From: an uncultured Thermoplasmata archaeon
GTDB taxonomy: Archaea > Thermoplasmatota > Thermoplasmata > RBG-16-68-12
Direction: 5' to 3'
Assembly: GCA_963768855.1 (NCBI GenBank)
Contig: CAVYJM010000006.1
Coordinates: 384,001 to 448,000, forward strand
DNA length: 64,000 nucleotides
A program made the translations under genes and the position numbers. The stretch's first letter is position 1, and each line of letters opens with the position of its first letter. The notes under the pieces were generated by a model, which saw only the letters and a list, made by a program, of their open reading frames with translations, made no database searches and was not told where the DNA came from. Shown piece by piece: positions 9,178 to 18,555 of the stretch.

Positions 9178-9816
9178 TTGGCGGAAAAGCACTCCATCGA
9201 CACGGTGAAGAAGGCCCTCGAGGTGGCCAAGCCTCGGACCTTCAAGGAGACCGTCGAGGTCGCGCTGAACCTCCGCGAAGTGGACCTGTCCGTCCCGAAG
9301 AACCGGATCGACGAGGAGGTCGTCCTGCCCAAGGGACGCGGCAAGCAGGTCCGGATCTGCGTCTTCGCCTCCGGCGAGCTGGCCACGAAGGTGCGCCCGG
9401 TCGCCGACCTCGTCATCCAGCCTCAGGAGATCGAGGAGTATGCGGGCAACAAGCGCAAGGCGCACCTCCTCGCCCGCGATTTCGACTTCTTCGTCGCCGA
9501 GGCCCCGCTCATGCCCGTGATCGGCAGGCGGCTCGGCGTCGTCCTGGGCCCGCGGGGCAAGATGCCCCGGCCCGTGCCGCCCACCGCGGACCCGACGAAC
9601 CTGATCCGGAACATGCGGAACACGGTCCGCGTCCGGTCCAAGGACCGCCGGACGTTCCACGCCGCGATCGGGACGCGCGACATGCAGCCTGAAGACATCG
9701 CCGAGAACCTGGACGCGCTCGTGCGGCGCGTGATGGGTCGTCTCGAGCACGGACGCGACAACATCGCCTCGGCCTACGTCAAGACGACGATGGGCCCGGC
9801 CGTGAGGTTCCTGTAA
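9178..9816 (+). CDS. rpl1: 50S ribosomal protein L1
   Basis: RTFKETVEVALNL, LGPRGKMP and YVKTTMGP. TTG start with GGAGG 8 nt upstream. Confidence 0.97.
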   Translation: MAEKHSIDTVKKALEVAKPRTFKETVEVALNLREVDLSVPKNRIDEEVVLPKGRGKQVRICVFASGELATKVRPVADLVIQPQEIEEYAGNKRKAHLLARDFDFFVAEAPLMPVIGRRLGVVLGPRGKMPRPVPPTADPTNLIRNMRNTVRVRSKDRRTFHAAIGTRDMQPEDIAENLDALVRRVMGRLEHGRDNIASAYVKTTMGPAVRFL

Positions 9817-9820
9817 GGGG

Positions 9821-10709
9821 ATGACCATGGCCCACGTCGCTCCGTACAAGCAGGAAATCGTGAAGGACCTCGTCTCCCGCTTCGAGAAGTCCAAGGTCGT
9901 CGGCCTGGCGAACATCCACGGCATCCCGGCACCCCAGTTCCAGGGGATCCGCAAGAGAGCTCGCCGGACGCGTCGCGATCACGGTCGCGAAGAACAACCT
10001 GATCAAACTCGCTCTCAAGGAGGCCGGCGCGAAGCGCAAGGGCCTCGACGCGCTCGCCGCAGACATCGACGGCCAGACGGCCGTCATCACGGCGGACGTG
10101 AACCCGTTCAGGCTGTTCAAGGAGCTCGAGAAGACGAAGACGCCCTCTCCCGCACGGGGCGGCGAGCGAGCGCCCGAGGACATCTGGGTTCGCGAGGGCG
10201 ACACGCCGTTCAAGCCTGGGCCGATTGTCGGCGAGCTGCAGAAGGCCGGCCTGCCGGCGGCGATCGAGAAGGGCAAGGTCATCATCAAGAAGGACAAGCT
10301 CGTCGTCAAGGCGGGGGACAAGATCCCGCGCGAGGTCGCGCAGGTGCTCGCCCGCCTCGAGATCTTCCCGCTCATCGTCGGACTCGACCTGAAGGGCGCG
10401 TACGAGGACGGCATGGTCTACCACCGGGACGCCCTCGCGGTCGACGAGACCGTGATCCGCGGGCAGATCAGCACTGCGAGCCGCCAGGCTCTCGGGCTGG
10501 CGCTCGAGATCGGCTACGCGACGAAGGCGACGGTCCAGCCCCTGCTCGCAAAGGCGTTCCAGAACGCGCTCTCCCTCTCCGTCGAATCGGGATTCCCGAC
10601 GAAGGAGAGCCTCAAGCTCCTTCTCGCGAGGGCCCAGGCCCAGGCGCTCGCCCTGTCGAGCCACGTGCCGGCGGCTCCCGCGGAGGAAGCGAAGAAGGAT
10701 TCAGGCTGA
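9821..10709 (+). CDS. rplP0: 50S ribosomal protein P0 (L10); +1 frameshift near 9957
   Basis: MAHVAPYKQEIV...IPAPQFQ in one frame, then VAKNNLI...NPFRLF...TPFKPGPIVGEL in the next. Confidence 0.93.
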
Positions 10710-10737
10710 TCAAGAGAAAACCAGGAGGTGACACACC

Positions 10738-11046
10738 ATGGAATACGTATATGGGGCGCTGGTCCTGCACGCGGCCGGCCAGCCGGTGAACGAGGCGAAC
10801 CTGAAGAAGGTCCTGACCGCCGCCGGCGTGAAGGTGGACGAGACGCGCGTGAAGGCCCTGACCGCCGCACTCGAGGGCGTGAACATCGACGAGGCGCTGA
10901 AGGCCGCCGCCGCGATGCCCGCCGCTCCCGCGGCCGCACCCGCAGCCGAGAAGAAGGACGAGAAGAAGAAGGAAGAGAAGAAGGAAGAGGAGAAGGTCTC
11001 GGAGGAAGAGGCCGCTGCGGGCCTGGGTGCGCTCTTCGGCCTGTAG
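10738..11046 (+). CDS. rpl12: 50S ribosomal protein L12 (P1/P2)
   Basis: [12 protein letters not shown]-terminus, [14 protein letters not shown]-terminus and a GGAGGTGA SD. Confidence 0.97.
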   Translation: MEYVYGALVLHAAGQPVNEANLKKVLTAAGVKVDETRVKALTAALEGVNIDEALKAAAAMPAAPAAAPAAEKKDEKKKEEKKEEEKVSEEEAAAGLGALFGL

Positions 11047-11067
11047 GCCGGAGTCCGCACCTCACCT

Positions 11068-11085
11068 GCTTTTTCCATTTCCTTC
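11068..11085 (+). terminator. T-rich terminator of the rpl1-rplP0-rpl12 operon
   Basis: GCTTTTTCCATTTCCTTC about 20 nt after the rpl12 stop. Confidence 0.5.
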
Positions 11086-11305
11086 GAGGAGTAGCGGGAG
11101 CGCTGAGGCACCGTCAACGAGTCGTGACATTTTCCATGAGTCTGTGGTTTGACCGAGGCGACTCGCGTTCGACTCCTTTGGTGACTTTAATCGATGGGAC
11201 GTGCCTCGGGGTTGATGCGAAGTGGCCATCGTGCGGGCCCAACGCTCAGACCACTTCACCTCGGCGCGCTCTGTGCGAGAGCCCATGCATGTTGCTTGAG
11301 TTGCT

Positions 11306-12601
11306 TCACAGACGCTCGAGGGAATCACACCATTTCTTGAGTTGACTCGTAGGAACCCCTAGAGTCGCGGCAGATTTCCTCTCCCCATGCTGACGGTCCG
11401 ACTCAAGCGATCGAAGAGAAGCAGCCTTGGTCGAGCTCCCGTAGAGCTGCAGTTCCTGCGCCCTGATGCGCATGAAATGTCTGCCAGCCAGTGCCCGGTC
11501 GAGTAGATCGAATGCCTCGGCAATCTTGGCGGAAGCGCCCCTCGCAGTCGTAGTGTTCAGGAGGGAGCGGCAAACAGAGCACTTGCAGAATTCGCTCGGA
11601 TTCGCTGCATAGTAAGTGATTGCATTCGCTTTTACGACCTTCGTGTGTGCCCAAGGGACATAATAGCGAATGGGGGGGCCCCCGCCGCTTGCCTGGCGGG
11701 CAACGCCTTTCCATTCTGCGTAGCAGACGCCTGAAGACACTCCCTTCAACCCCGCGGCGGAAAGCATCAAGGCGTAGAACCCCCCATAGAGGGCCATCGG
11801 AGCGACCCCCCGCTCTGCGAGTTGCTGAACCAGACGTCCGTAGCCCATGAGCTGTGTTTCCGAGGAATGTGATTCGTCGAACTCGGAAATCCACAAAAGG
11901 ACACTTGGGAACTCGGCGTAGTCTGCGACAACTTGGTCGATGGAATCCTCGTCCAACAAGACGCGATCAGACAGGCAGATGACTGGGACAGTTAGTTCGG
12001 TTTTCCGCCGCGAGGCCGCACACTTTGCCATCTCGAGCGAAATAGAATACCATTCATCATCAATGGATGATGCATGGAAATAGGGTGCCACGAGGAACTC
12101 CGGTTCCAGTTGGGGGATCTCAGAACTCTCTCCAATCATTTGGAGATAGTCGGAAATCCTCCGCTGTGTCGATTCGCCTCGGGAGAGAGCAGTAAGTTCG
12201 AATGACAAGACTCTGTCAACCCATTCACGACCCGCAGCATTCAGCCTGCCGTTCTCGAAGAAATCGCGCGGCCTCAGCGGCCGCTTGCCAGCGATGGTGG
12301 GGAGTATGCCACCATATTCTTCGATTAGCTGGACATATGACTGTCGAAGGTCGTCCTCTTTCAGGACCATGCTCGGATCTTGAGCGAAGATGTAGGTCAT
12401 CGGGTCGATAAAGAATGGCTTCCGTGTCCTACCCAAAAGACCCGCGGCCCAGGATTGCCCCCACGCAGCAACGTTGGCGCCTATTACGATTCCATAGTAG
12501 CTGGGTGCTTCGGCCTCAAGGGGACCTGCGTCAGGCGCTATCCCCAATCGGTAGTAGATACGCAGGCTGCCGGACTTCCGAGGCAATTGGGCATCACCCA
12601 C
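11306..12601 (-). CDS. Hypothetical protein, probable TIM-barrel with a TGT-like zinc site
   Basis: 431-aa ORF with FFIDPMTY, YGGFYALML...GVSSG, and C-terminal CKCSVC followed by His 31 residues later. Confidence 0.65.
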   Translation of the reverse strand: MGDAQLPRKSGSLRIYYRLGIAPDAGPLEAEAPSYYGIVIGANVAAWGQSWAAGLLGRTRKPFFIDPMTYIFAQDPSMVLKEDDLRQSYVQLIEEYGGILPTIAGKRPLRPRDFFENGRLNAAGREWVDRVLSFELTALSRGESTQRRISDYLQMIGESSEIPQLEPEFLVAPYFHASSIDDEWYSISLEMAKCAASRRKTELTVPVICLSDRVLLDEDSIDQVVADYAEFPSVLLWISEFDESHSSETQLMGYGRLVQQLAERGVAPMALYGGFYALMLSAAGLKGVSSGVCYAEWKGVARQASGGGPPIRYYVPWAHTKVVKANAITYYAANPSEFCKCSVCRSLLNTTTARGASAKIAEAFDLLDRALAGRHFMRIRAQELQLYGSSTKAASLRSLESDRQHGERKSAATLGVPTSQLKKWCDSLERL

Positions 12602-13007
12602 GAGTCATTACCTGACTCCTCACCGCGGCAAGGAAGGCGGGGTACAGAACCTTGGATGTTTGAGCCCGCATCTCGACCTTAGCAATTCCATCGACTGCCA
12701 TGAGTCCGATTCCGTACTTCGCCAAAAGCTCTAGATCGACGCTCGGTACGTGCCGGGCCGAAACCGCGAGAAAGGCCTCGTGAGCGCAGAGCCTGTACGG
12801 GAGGACTTGTTGCAGACCCTGCCGCCAGTGGTCGACTTTTGCCTCGACGGCGACAACGTGCCCTGTGCGCGGAAGGACTCCGACTAAATCGATTCGCTTT
12901 GACAGAAAAGGAACCTCTGCCCGGACGCGATACCCAGCCTCGGCAAGGTAGCGTCGCACCCGCCATGTGACTTGCGTTTCCTTTTGCGGGTCATTTGTGG
13001 TCTTCAA
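12594..13007 (-). CDS. PD-(D/E)xK superfamily nuclease
   Basis: AEVPF...RIDLV...VAVEAK...GLQQVLPY: D, ExK and QxxxY-like motifs are intact. Confidence 0.8.
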   Translation of the reverse strand: MKTTNDPQKETQVTWRVRRYLAEAGYRVRAEVPFLSKRIDLVGVLPRTGHVVAVEAKVDHWRQGLQQVLPYRLCAHEAFLAVSARHVPSVDLELLAKYGIGLMAVDGIAKVEMRAQTSKVLYPAFLAAVRSQVMTRG

Positions 13008-13395
13008 TCACAAGCGTCTCCTTCCATTTCTTGAAGCCGTGGTCGCACGATAAAACCTTTCCTCCCCGCTCATGGCGGGCCAGCACAAGGAGGGTACAAT
13101 CGACCATACTAAGGCCCTTGGCTTTGGGATCAGCCAGCAGCCGGCCTATCTCGGCGACGATGGACTCGGGGATTTGAGTCTCGATGCGACTAAGGGTCCG
13201 AATGCGATCGGTGTCCTTTTCGTATCCCTCATGAGAGATGCCTGACTTGGCGTAGTGTTTCTTCAGCTCTACGAGGACGAGCGCATGGGTAACGTTGTAA
13301 TCGGCGCCGATGAGGTGGTCTCTAATCTTCTTCCCGCGGCCGGGCTCTCGGAAGAACGCTATCCATGCTGAGGTGTCCACAATCAACACACGCAA
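12991..13395 (-). CDS. PIN-domain (VapC-like) ribonuclease
   Basis: IVDTSAW, LVEL, SMVDCTLL and LSCD supply the four acidic PIN residues. Probable TTG start at 13395. Confidence 0.85.
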   Translation of the reverse strand: MRVLIVDTSAWIAFFREPGRGKKIRDHLIGADYNVTHALVLVELKKHYAKSGISHEGYEKDTDRIRTLSRIETQIPESIVAEIGRLLADPKAKGLSMVDCTLLVLARHERGGKVLSCDHGFKKWKETLVIEDHK

Positions 13396-13411
13396 GCATT
13401 GGACACTCCGG

Positions 13412-13981
13412 TCATGTCGCCCTCTCGAGATCAGGTCGGCTTCCGACGCCAAGCACATCGTCGAGGATTTTTGACTTTACCGTCATCCCTCTATAGTTGG
13501 CGTAAACATACTTCAACAACTCACTGAGCGGAACTCGGTTGAACCGTGTCTTGAGGCGTTCGAGAGCCCGCCTCTCTTCCGGCGTCAACTGGGCGAATAC
13601 CTTCTCTCCGACTTGGAGGCCGCGATCCGTCAGCCGATAAATCTCGACCTTCCCTGGTTCTCCCCCCGCATTCACCGATCCGGTCGCTGCTACCGCGTCA
13701 AGCATGTCGCGGTGGCTTTCAAACTTCTCCACATCAACCGCCAGTAGGTTTGCCTGCTTGAGCGCCTCGAGGTAATCGACGACCTCCTTAGAGTAGGGTC
13801 CGAGCTCGTAGGGCTTGTATGCGTATTCGGTCTTCGCCTCCTCAAAGCCTCCCTCCTCGAGAGCGAGGAAGACGAGCTTCTCAAGCCTTGTCACCCCTCG
13901 AATTGGCTCTCCCACGTGCTTGCTAGCCCCCTTGGCATAGAGAAGGCCCACTAGCAGGTCGAGTCCGAGGTTCCTTGCCAT
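13412..13981 (-). CDS. SocA/YwgA (DUF4065-like) winged-helix antitoxin-like protein
   Basis: RLEKLVFL...YKPYELGPYSKEV...YRLTDRG...LLKYVYANY. Upstream TTTAAG at 14014-14019 and a GTGAGGGG SD. Confidence 0.7.
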   Translation of the reverse strand: MARNLGLDLLVGLLYAKGASKHVGEPIRGVTRLEKLVFLALEEGGFEEAKTEYAYKPYELGPYSKEVVDYLEALKQANLLAVDVEKFESHRDMLDAVAATGSVNAGGEPGKVEIYRLTDRGLQVGEKVFAQLTPEERRALERLKTRFNRVPLSELLKYVYANYRGMTVKSKILDDVLGVGSRPDLERAT

Positions 13982-14155
13982 TTTCCCTCACGTTTCATAG
14001 ACCGCCGTGCTTGTCTTAAAGGTGCCTGAGGGGCCTGAGAATCGCATTGTCGCGACGCAATATTCCACGCCACTCTGACGGTTTCTGAGCCTCTCCTGAG
14101 GAACTTGACCCTACGTAACGTAGCCGGCGCTTATTGGGTCTGGGAATCCTCGGAA

Positions 14156-14431
14156 TTACAGTCCGTGTCCGCTCTCCGTCAGATTCCGCAGCCGCTGCAG
14201 GAACATCGCCACGGCCGCCCCGTCGACCACGTCGTGGTCGAACACGATCGTCATCCCGAGGAACTCGCAGGCCTCCACGCGGTCCTCCACCACCGCGGGC
14301 TTCTGCGCGATCGCCTCGAGCGCCACGCTCAGCGGGTGGGACTCGACCGGGATGCCCCTGCTGCTCCCGCCCGAGACCTTCCCGAACATCCCCACGGACG
14401 TCACGCGGACCGTCCCCATCGTCCGCTTCAT
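14156..14431 (-). pseudogene. C-terminal fragment of a 2-oxoacid dehydrogenase E2-like acyltransferase
   Basis: GTVRVTSVGMFG...KPAVVE...FDHDVVDGA. Only 91 aa; the N-terminal part of the catalytic domain is absent. Confidence 0.65.
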
Positions 14432-15186
14432 GCGGAACGGGCCGCGTCCGGTTGGGCCACGGCAGCGTGCCCCGCACGCCAGTACACGAGGCTCATCATT
14501 GTTCCGGAAGCGATGAGCACGATCCAGTTGATCGTAAGGATCGTGACCTCGAAGGCGACGATGTCTTGCGCCGCGACCGCCAGGGCGACGAAGGCGACGA
14601 CCGCCAAGACGAAGCCCGCGACGAAGAGCCAGCGGACGGCCCGCTCCGCGCGTCCTCCCTCGAACACCGGCGCGGTGAAGAGGAAGGCCACTGTCATGAG
14701 CAAGTAGCCGAGCGCCTCGAACACGATGAAGAACCCATGGGGATTGTACTGCGTGAACAGGGAGAGCCCGGCCGTCTCGCCGGCCTGGAGGCTTGGCACG
14801 ACGATTGCGAGCTGGATAGCGTAGTCCACTAGGATGACGGCGGCGTAGAGCAGGGCGAAGGACAGTCCGATGCGGCTGAAGACCTTCTTGCCCTCTGCGG
14901 CGTACGCATGGATGCAGGCCATGAGAACGACGAACGTGGGCGCCAACAGGATCCCTGGGACGAGCCAGACGTAGTCCTGGGGGATGAACGCGGCCACGTC
15001 CGTATAGGGGTACGGAACACAGGCGGTCCCGCAGAACGGGCCGCTCCTAGGGGGCGTCGAGATGCCCATGACCATGAACACCGCGGCCAGCACGGCCGTC
15101 AGGAAAGCCGACCAGAATCCCAGCCGGAATGCGTTAGTCGTGGCGAACGCCTCCGTCTCGGTATCAGGCGTAGCCGCCGTGGCCAT
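14428..15186 (-). CDS. Hypothetical multi-pass membrane protein
   Basis: About 6 hydrophobic helices and GC-typical codon use. Confidence 0.7.
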   Translation of the reverse strand: MATAATPDTETEAFATTNAFRLGFWSAFLTAVLAAVFMVMGISTPPRSGPFCGTACVPYPYTDVAAFIPQDYVWLVPGILLAPTFVVLMACIHAYAAEGKKVFSRIGLSFALLYAAVILVDYAIQLAIVVPSLQAGETAGLSLFTQYNPHGFFIVFEALGYLLMTVAFLFTAPVFEGGRAERAVRWLFVAGFVLAVVAFVALAVAAQDIVAFEVTILTINWIVLIASGTMMSLVYWRAGHAAVAQPDAARSA

Positions 15187-15381
15187 CTCTTCCTTCCCCC
15201 GAAACTCTCAGCGACGTTCGACCTCGCGAGCGCGCGGGAATCATGGGGTCCGCCGAAGTACCTTCTGTATGTATGCTAGGGAGGCAATCGCTCAAGCCAG
15301 ATGTCGGTCGCGGGTCACGGGCGCCAGTAGATCGTGTCCGGGGGGCGGCTCCCGCCTCGTCCGCGGAGGTCGCGCGCGAAC

Positions 15382-16344
15382 CTACGCGTCCACGAAGGGA
15401 CGATAGGAATCGAGGTGCGGCGTCGAGACGTTCAGCCGGTGTCCGGCCTCGATCACCTCGTCGTAGATCTGTCGGAACTCGGCCGCGTACTCCGGCTGGG
15501 TCTGGGACATGCGGCGGGTGACGGGCTGGGCAAGAGCGCGTCGCATGAGGGGCGCCGCGACGAGCGGCGCGGTCATGAACACTCGGGCGTCAGGAATCTT
15601 GCGGACGTCCACGCCCCGAGCCGCGCAGATGTCCATGGCCTCGCGGCCTGCGAGCAACGCCTCGTGGATCGCCTTCTTGTTCTCCGCGAAGGCGTCGTAC
15701 CCGCCCTCTTTCGCATTGGCGCCGGTGTACACCGCCGTGCTGGCGAAGTGGACCCAGTACCAGTGCACCATGTTCTCCGTGGTCTCGACCTCGAACCCCG
15801 CAGGGCGGAAGAGGCCCGAGACGAAGTCCAGGTTCTTGCGGGCTCCCCCTTCCACGACCGGCGGCGTCGGGCGGCCGCTCGTGCTCAGGCCGAGGTTCAC
15901 CTTGCCCTCGAACGCGCCGTCGAGGACGCCTTTCGACAGGACGCCTCCCGCCCGCGGCATCCCGAGGACGTACTGCTCCTTGGTCAGGGTGCGGTCGATC
16001 AGGTCGAGCCCGTGCCAGTTCTGATGGAAGAAGAGGACCACGGCGTTGCCCCGGTTCTTCGCGATCTCCGGGAGGACGGCCTCGGCCTGCGTGTAGCGCA
16101 CCGCATCGACGATCAGGTCGTACCCGTCTTCAGGGCCGAATGCGTTCACGACGTACGGGCGGTAGAGGACCTTGGTCTCCTCCGTGCGGCCCTCGCGGCC
16201 GTCCAGGATTCGGAGCGCGACTCCGTCCGCCCAGCGGCCCTCGTGACCCGGTCGCACCAGGAGGGACACGTTGTGGCCCGTTCGCTCGAACGCCCACGCA
16301 TGCATCGTCCCGATGACGCCGGCTCCGAACACGAGGATCTTCAC
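15382..16344 (-). CDS. Ketopantoate reductase (PanE/ApbA) family protein
   Basis: MKILVFGAGVIG Rossmann motif, YDLIVDAV and FFHQNW. Confidence 0.8.
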   Translation of the reverse strand: MKILVFGAGVIGTMHAWAFERTGHNVSLLVRPGHEGRWADGVALRILDGREGRTEETKVLYRPYVVNAFGPEDGYDLIVDAVRYTQAEAVLPEIAKNRGNAVVLFFHQNWHGLDLIDRTLTKEQYVLGMPRAGGVLSKGVLDGAFEGKVNLGLSTSGRPTPPVVEGGARKNLDFVSGLFRPAGFEVETTENMVHWYWVHFASTAVYTGANAKEGGYDAFAENKKAIHEALLAGREAMDICAARGVDVRKIPDARVFMTAPLVAAPLMRRALAQPVTRRMSQTQPEYAAEFRQIYDEVIEAGHRLNVSTPHLDSYRPFVDA

Positions 16345-16532
16345 GGTTTCCCTACTGCTTCGTGGCTCCCGGGGTCCGTGAATGCGATTGAGGCGTACTT
16401 ATGGTCGAGGGTCCCCCACGCCACGCGGTTCTGGGCCCCGGAACGCCGCCAAACGCGCGCAGCCCTCGGTATCAATCGCGTCTATTACCCAGGAAGGTTC
16501 TTTTGGCGTCGCTCCTCACGGGGACTCCCAGC

Positions 16533-17453
16533 ATGCTGCTCGTGGCCATCGTCGGGGATCGCGGGTCCGGGAAGACGACCTTCCTCGGTCTCCTCTACGC
16601 GGCGCTCGTGAGCTCCGGCTCGGACAAGGAGGACGACCTCCGCTTCCACGTGGCCTACGAATCCCTCGATGAGATCACGGCCCTCTACCAGCGGCTCATG
16701 TCCGGTGGCTTCCCCGATTCCGCGACGAAGGAGGGGATTCACGAGCTCCGCGTCGAGCTCGGGGCCGGCAGCTCCGGTCGCGGGTTCCTCTCGCGGCTCG
16801 GGTCCCGGAAGGGGGCCGCCGGCGCGTCCACGACGATCCGCTTCACCTTGCCGGGGAATCTCGACGAGGCGGCCCATGGGTTCGATCAAGGGAGCACGTT
16901 CGGCACGGGACCGTGGCGGGAGGCCCTCGATGCGGACGTCCTCCTCATCGTGGCAGACAGCACGAAGCTCACTCCCAAGGCCGAGGACCCCAAGCCGGGG
17001 CCCATGGCGACCTACGACGACCAGATTGACTCCCTGTTCACTGCGATTCGCCGATGGCGGGCGCGAGGGGGACGCGAGGTCGTGCACCCCGTCTTCGTCC
17101 TTTCCAAGTTCGATTCCGTGGCCCCCGCGGTGCTGACCGCTGCGGAGCTCGAGCCCACCCCGCCGGACGCCTCCAAGCCGGGCCCTCGAGCCGCGTACGC
17201 GAGGGCCCTCCTGGATCCCAACCTCCCGCGGACTCTCGCAACCCTCCGGGAGACGGGCAAGGCCCGGCCCCGGCTCGCCGAGGCGCGCTACTTCTTCAGC
17301 TCCGTGCATACGAAGGCAGGCGCCCCCGGGCAACTGCCGAAGATCAAGCTTCGGGGTGGCGGCCACGGCGGCTGGGAACCGGACTATTCGAAAGACGAAC
17401 ACCTTGCTCTCTTGGAGAGGCTCGCGGAGATCGCGGCGGAGACGAAAGCCTGA
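16533..17453 (+). CDS. TRAFAC-like GTPase (double-GTPase-like), degenerate G3
   Basis: G1 GDRGSGKTT, G2-like FPDSAT and G4 LSKFD. The G3 region reads FTLPGNLDE with no DxxG. Confidence 0.75.
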   Translation: MLLVAIVGDRGSGKTTFLGLLYAALVSSGSDKEDDLRFHVAYESLDEITALYQRLMSGGFPDSATKEGIHELRVELGAGSSGRGFLSRLGSRKGAAGASTTIRFTLPGNLDEAAHGFDQGSTFGTGPWREALDADVLLIVADSTKLTPKAEDPKPGPMATYDDQIDSLFTAIRRWRARGGREVVHPVFVLSKFDSVAPAVLTAAELEPTPPDASKPGPRAAYARALLDPNLPRTLATLRETGKARPRLAEARYFFSSVHTKAGAPGQLPKIKLRGGGHGGWEPDYSKDEHLALLERLAEIAAETKA

Positions 17454-17541
17454 GGCAGACGGCCCCTCCGGCGGCGCGTCCTTTGCAAGATTGATAATTC
17501 CCAAGCAGGGTTTAAGTACGCAAGCGCCGGGTGAGGCCCTC

Positions 17542-18549
17542 ATGCCCTGCGCTCTCTTGGGGGATCGAGCCTCCGGTAAAACGACCTTCTTGGGCCTCCT
17601 GTATTCCGCTCAGGTGAAGTACGGTACGGGCGTGCATGATGACTTCCGTTTCCATGCGCCCATGGCCTCCCTGAACGTCATGTCGGCCGTCTACGAAGGG
17701 ATGAAGGACGCTCGCTTCCCGAGCGCCACCCTGAAGGAAGAAATCACGGAGCTCAGCTTCATCTTCGGTTACCTGCGGAAGGTCCAAGGCAAGCTCCCGT
17801 ACTACATCCGCCAGCAGAACTGGGCGAAACCCTTCTCCACCCTGAGATTCTCCGCCTACGACGTGTCCGGCGAAGACATCGAGGAGTTCATCGAGAGCGG
17901 CATCGCGTCGCGTCCCCTCATCCAACAGCTTCTGAAGAGCGTGGTCGTGGTCGTGCTCGTGGACTGCAGCAAGATGACGACGGACATCGACACGCCTCCG
18001 TACAAGAAGATGCTGCGGTACGACAGCACGGTCGCCAAGCTGCTCGTGGCCTTCCAGACGTACAAGAAGCAGGAGTATGACCGGCTCAAGGACTCCGGTG
18101 TCAACCCGGAACCGCCGATGATCTACCCCGCCTTCGTCCTCTCCAAGTTCGACACCCTCCGCGACGACGTGCTCGCGCGGCTGGGCTTGCACCAGGGCTT
18201 CCCCGAGGACAAGCGCGCCCGGAAAGAATACGCCGAGGCCCTGCTCCGGGTCTTCGTCCCCCAGACCCTCTCTCAGATCCGCGGCGGAAAGGTCGCGGGC
18301 GTGAGCATGGACAAGGCCGCGTACTTCCTCAGCTGGGTCCGCACGGAGACCCAGGAGGGCATGGAGCCCGTCGGCCAGCCGCGGATCGTGCGGACCGGAT
18401 TCCGGCCCGAGGGCGGCGGGGAGCCCGACTTCTCGTACGACGAGTACGTGAACTTCATCGAGCACTTCCGCCACATCGCGAACAAGATCCCCGATGAGAT
18501 CCTCGAAGCGGAGAAGTTCCAGGCCCAGTCCCTCATCCGACCGAACTAG
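17542..18549 (+). CDS. TRAFAC-like GTPase (double-GTPase-like), intact G1-G4
   Basis: G1 GDRASGKTT, G2 FPSAT, G3 YDVSGE and G4 LSKFD. Paralogous to the upstream gene. GGTGAGG SD. Confidence 0.85.
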   Translation: MPCALLGDRASGKTTFLGLLYSAQVKYGTGVHDDFRFHAPMASLNVMSAVYEGMKDARFPSATLKEEITELSFIFGYLRKVQGKLPYYIRQQNWAKPFSTLRFSAYDVSGEDIEEFIESGIASRPLIQQLLKSVVVVVLVDCSKMTTDIDTPPYKKMLRYDSTVAKLLVAFQTYKKQEYDRLKDSGVNPEPPMIYPAFVLSKFDTLRDDVLARLGLHQGFPEDKRARKEYAEALLRVFVPQTLSQIRGGKVAGVSMDKAAYFLSWVRTETQEGMEPVGQPRIVRTGFRPEGGGEPDFSYDEYVNFIEHFRHIANKIPDEILEAEKFQAQSLIRPN

Positions 18550-18555
18550 GGGGCA

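Larger units (their letters stand above)
11100..14100. other. Lower-GC accessory island carrying a four-gene minus-strand operon
   Basis: Visibly more A/T-rich codons than the flanks (judged by eye, not computed). No integrase or terminal repeats seen. Confidence 0.7.

Noticed and set aside
9940-9970. Programmed frameshifting in rplP0
   Set aside because: No slippery heptamer is present, and the same +1 pattern occurs in seven unrelated places.
11155-11185. GTTCGACTCC resembling a tRNA T-loop at the island boundary
   Set aside because: No T-stem pairing and no acceptor or anticodon arms could be built, so it is neither a tRNA nor a clear att site.
11100-14100. Island as an autonomous mobile element
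   Set aside because: No integrase, transposase, terminal inverted repeats or target duplication were seen.
7721-18549. Roadblock-longin protein as regulator of the tandem GTPases
   Set aside because: They are 8 kb apart with unrelated operons between, and the GTPases are not MglA-like. There is no evidence beyond proximity.
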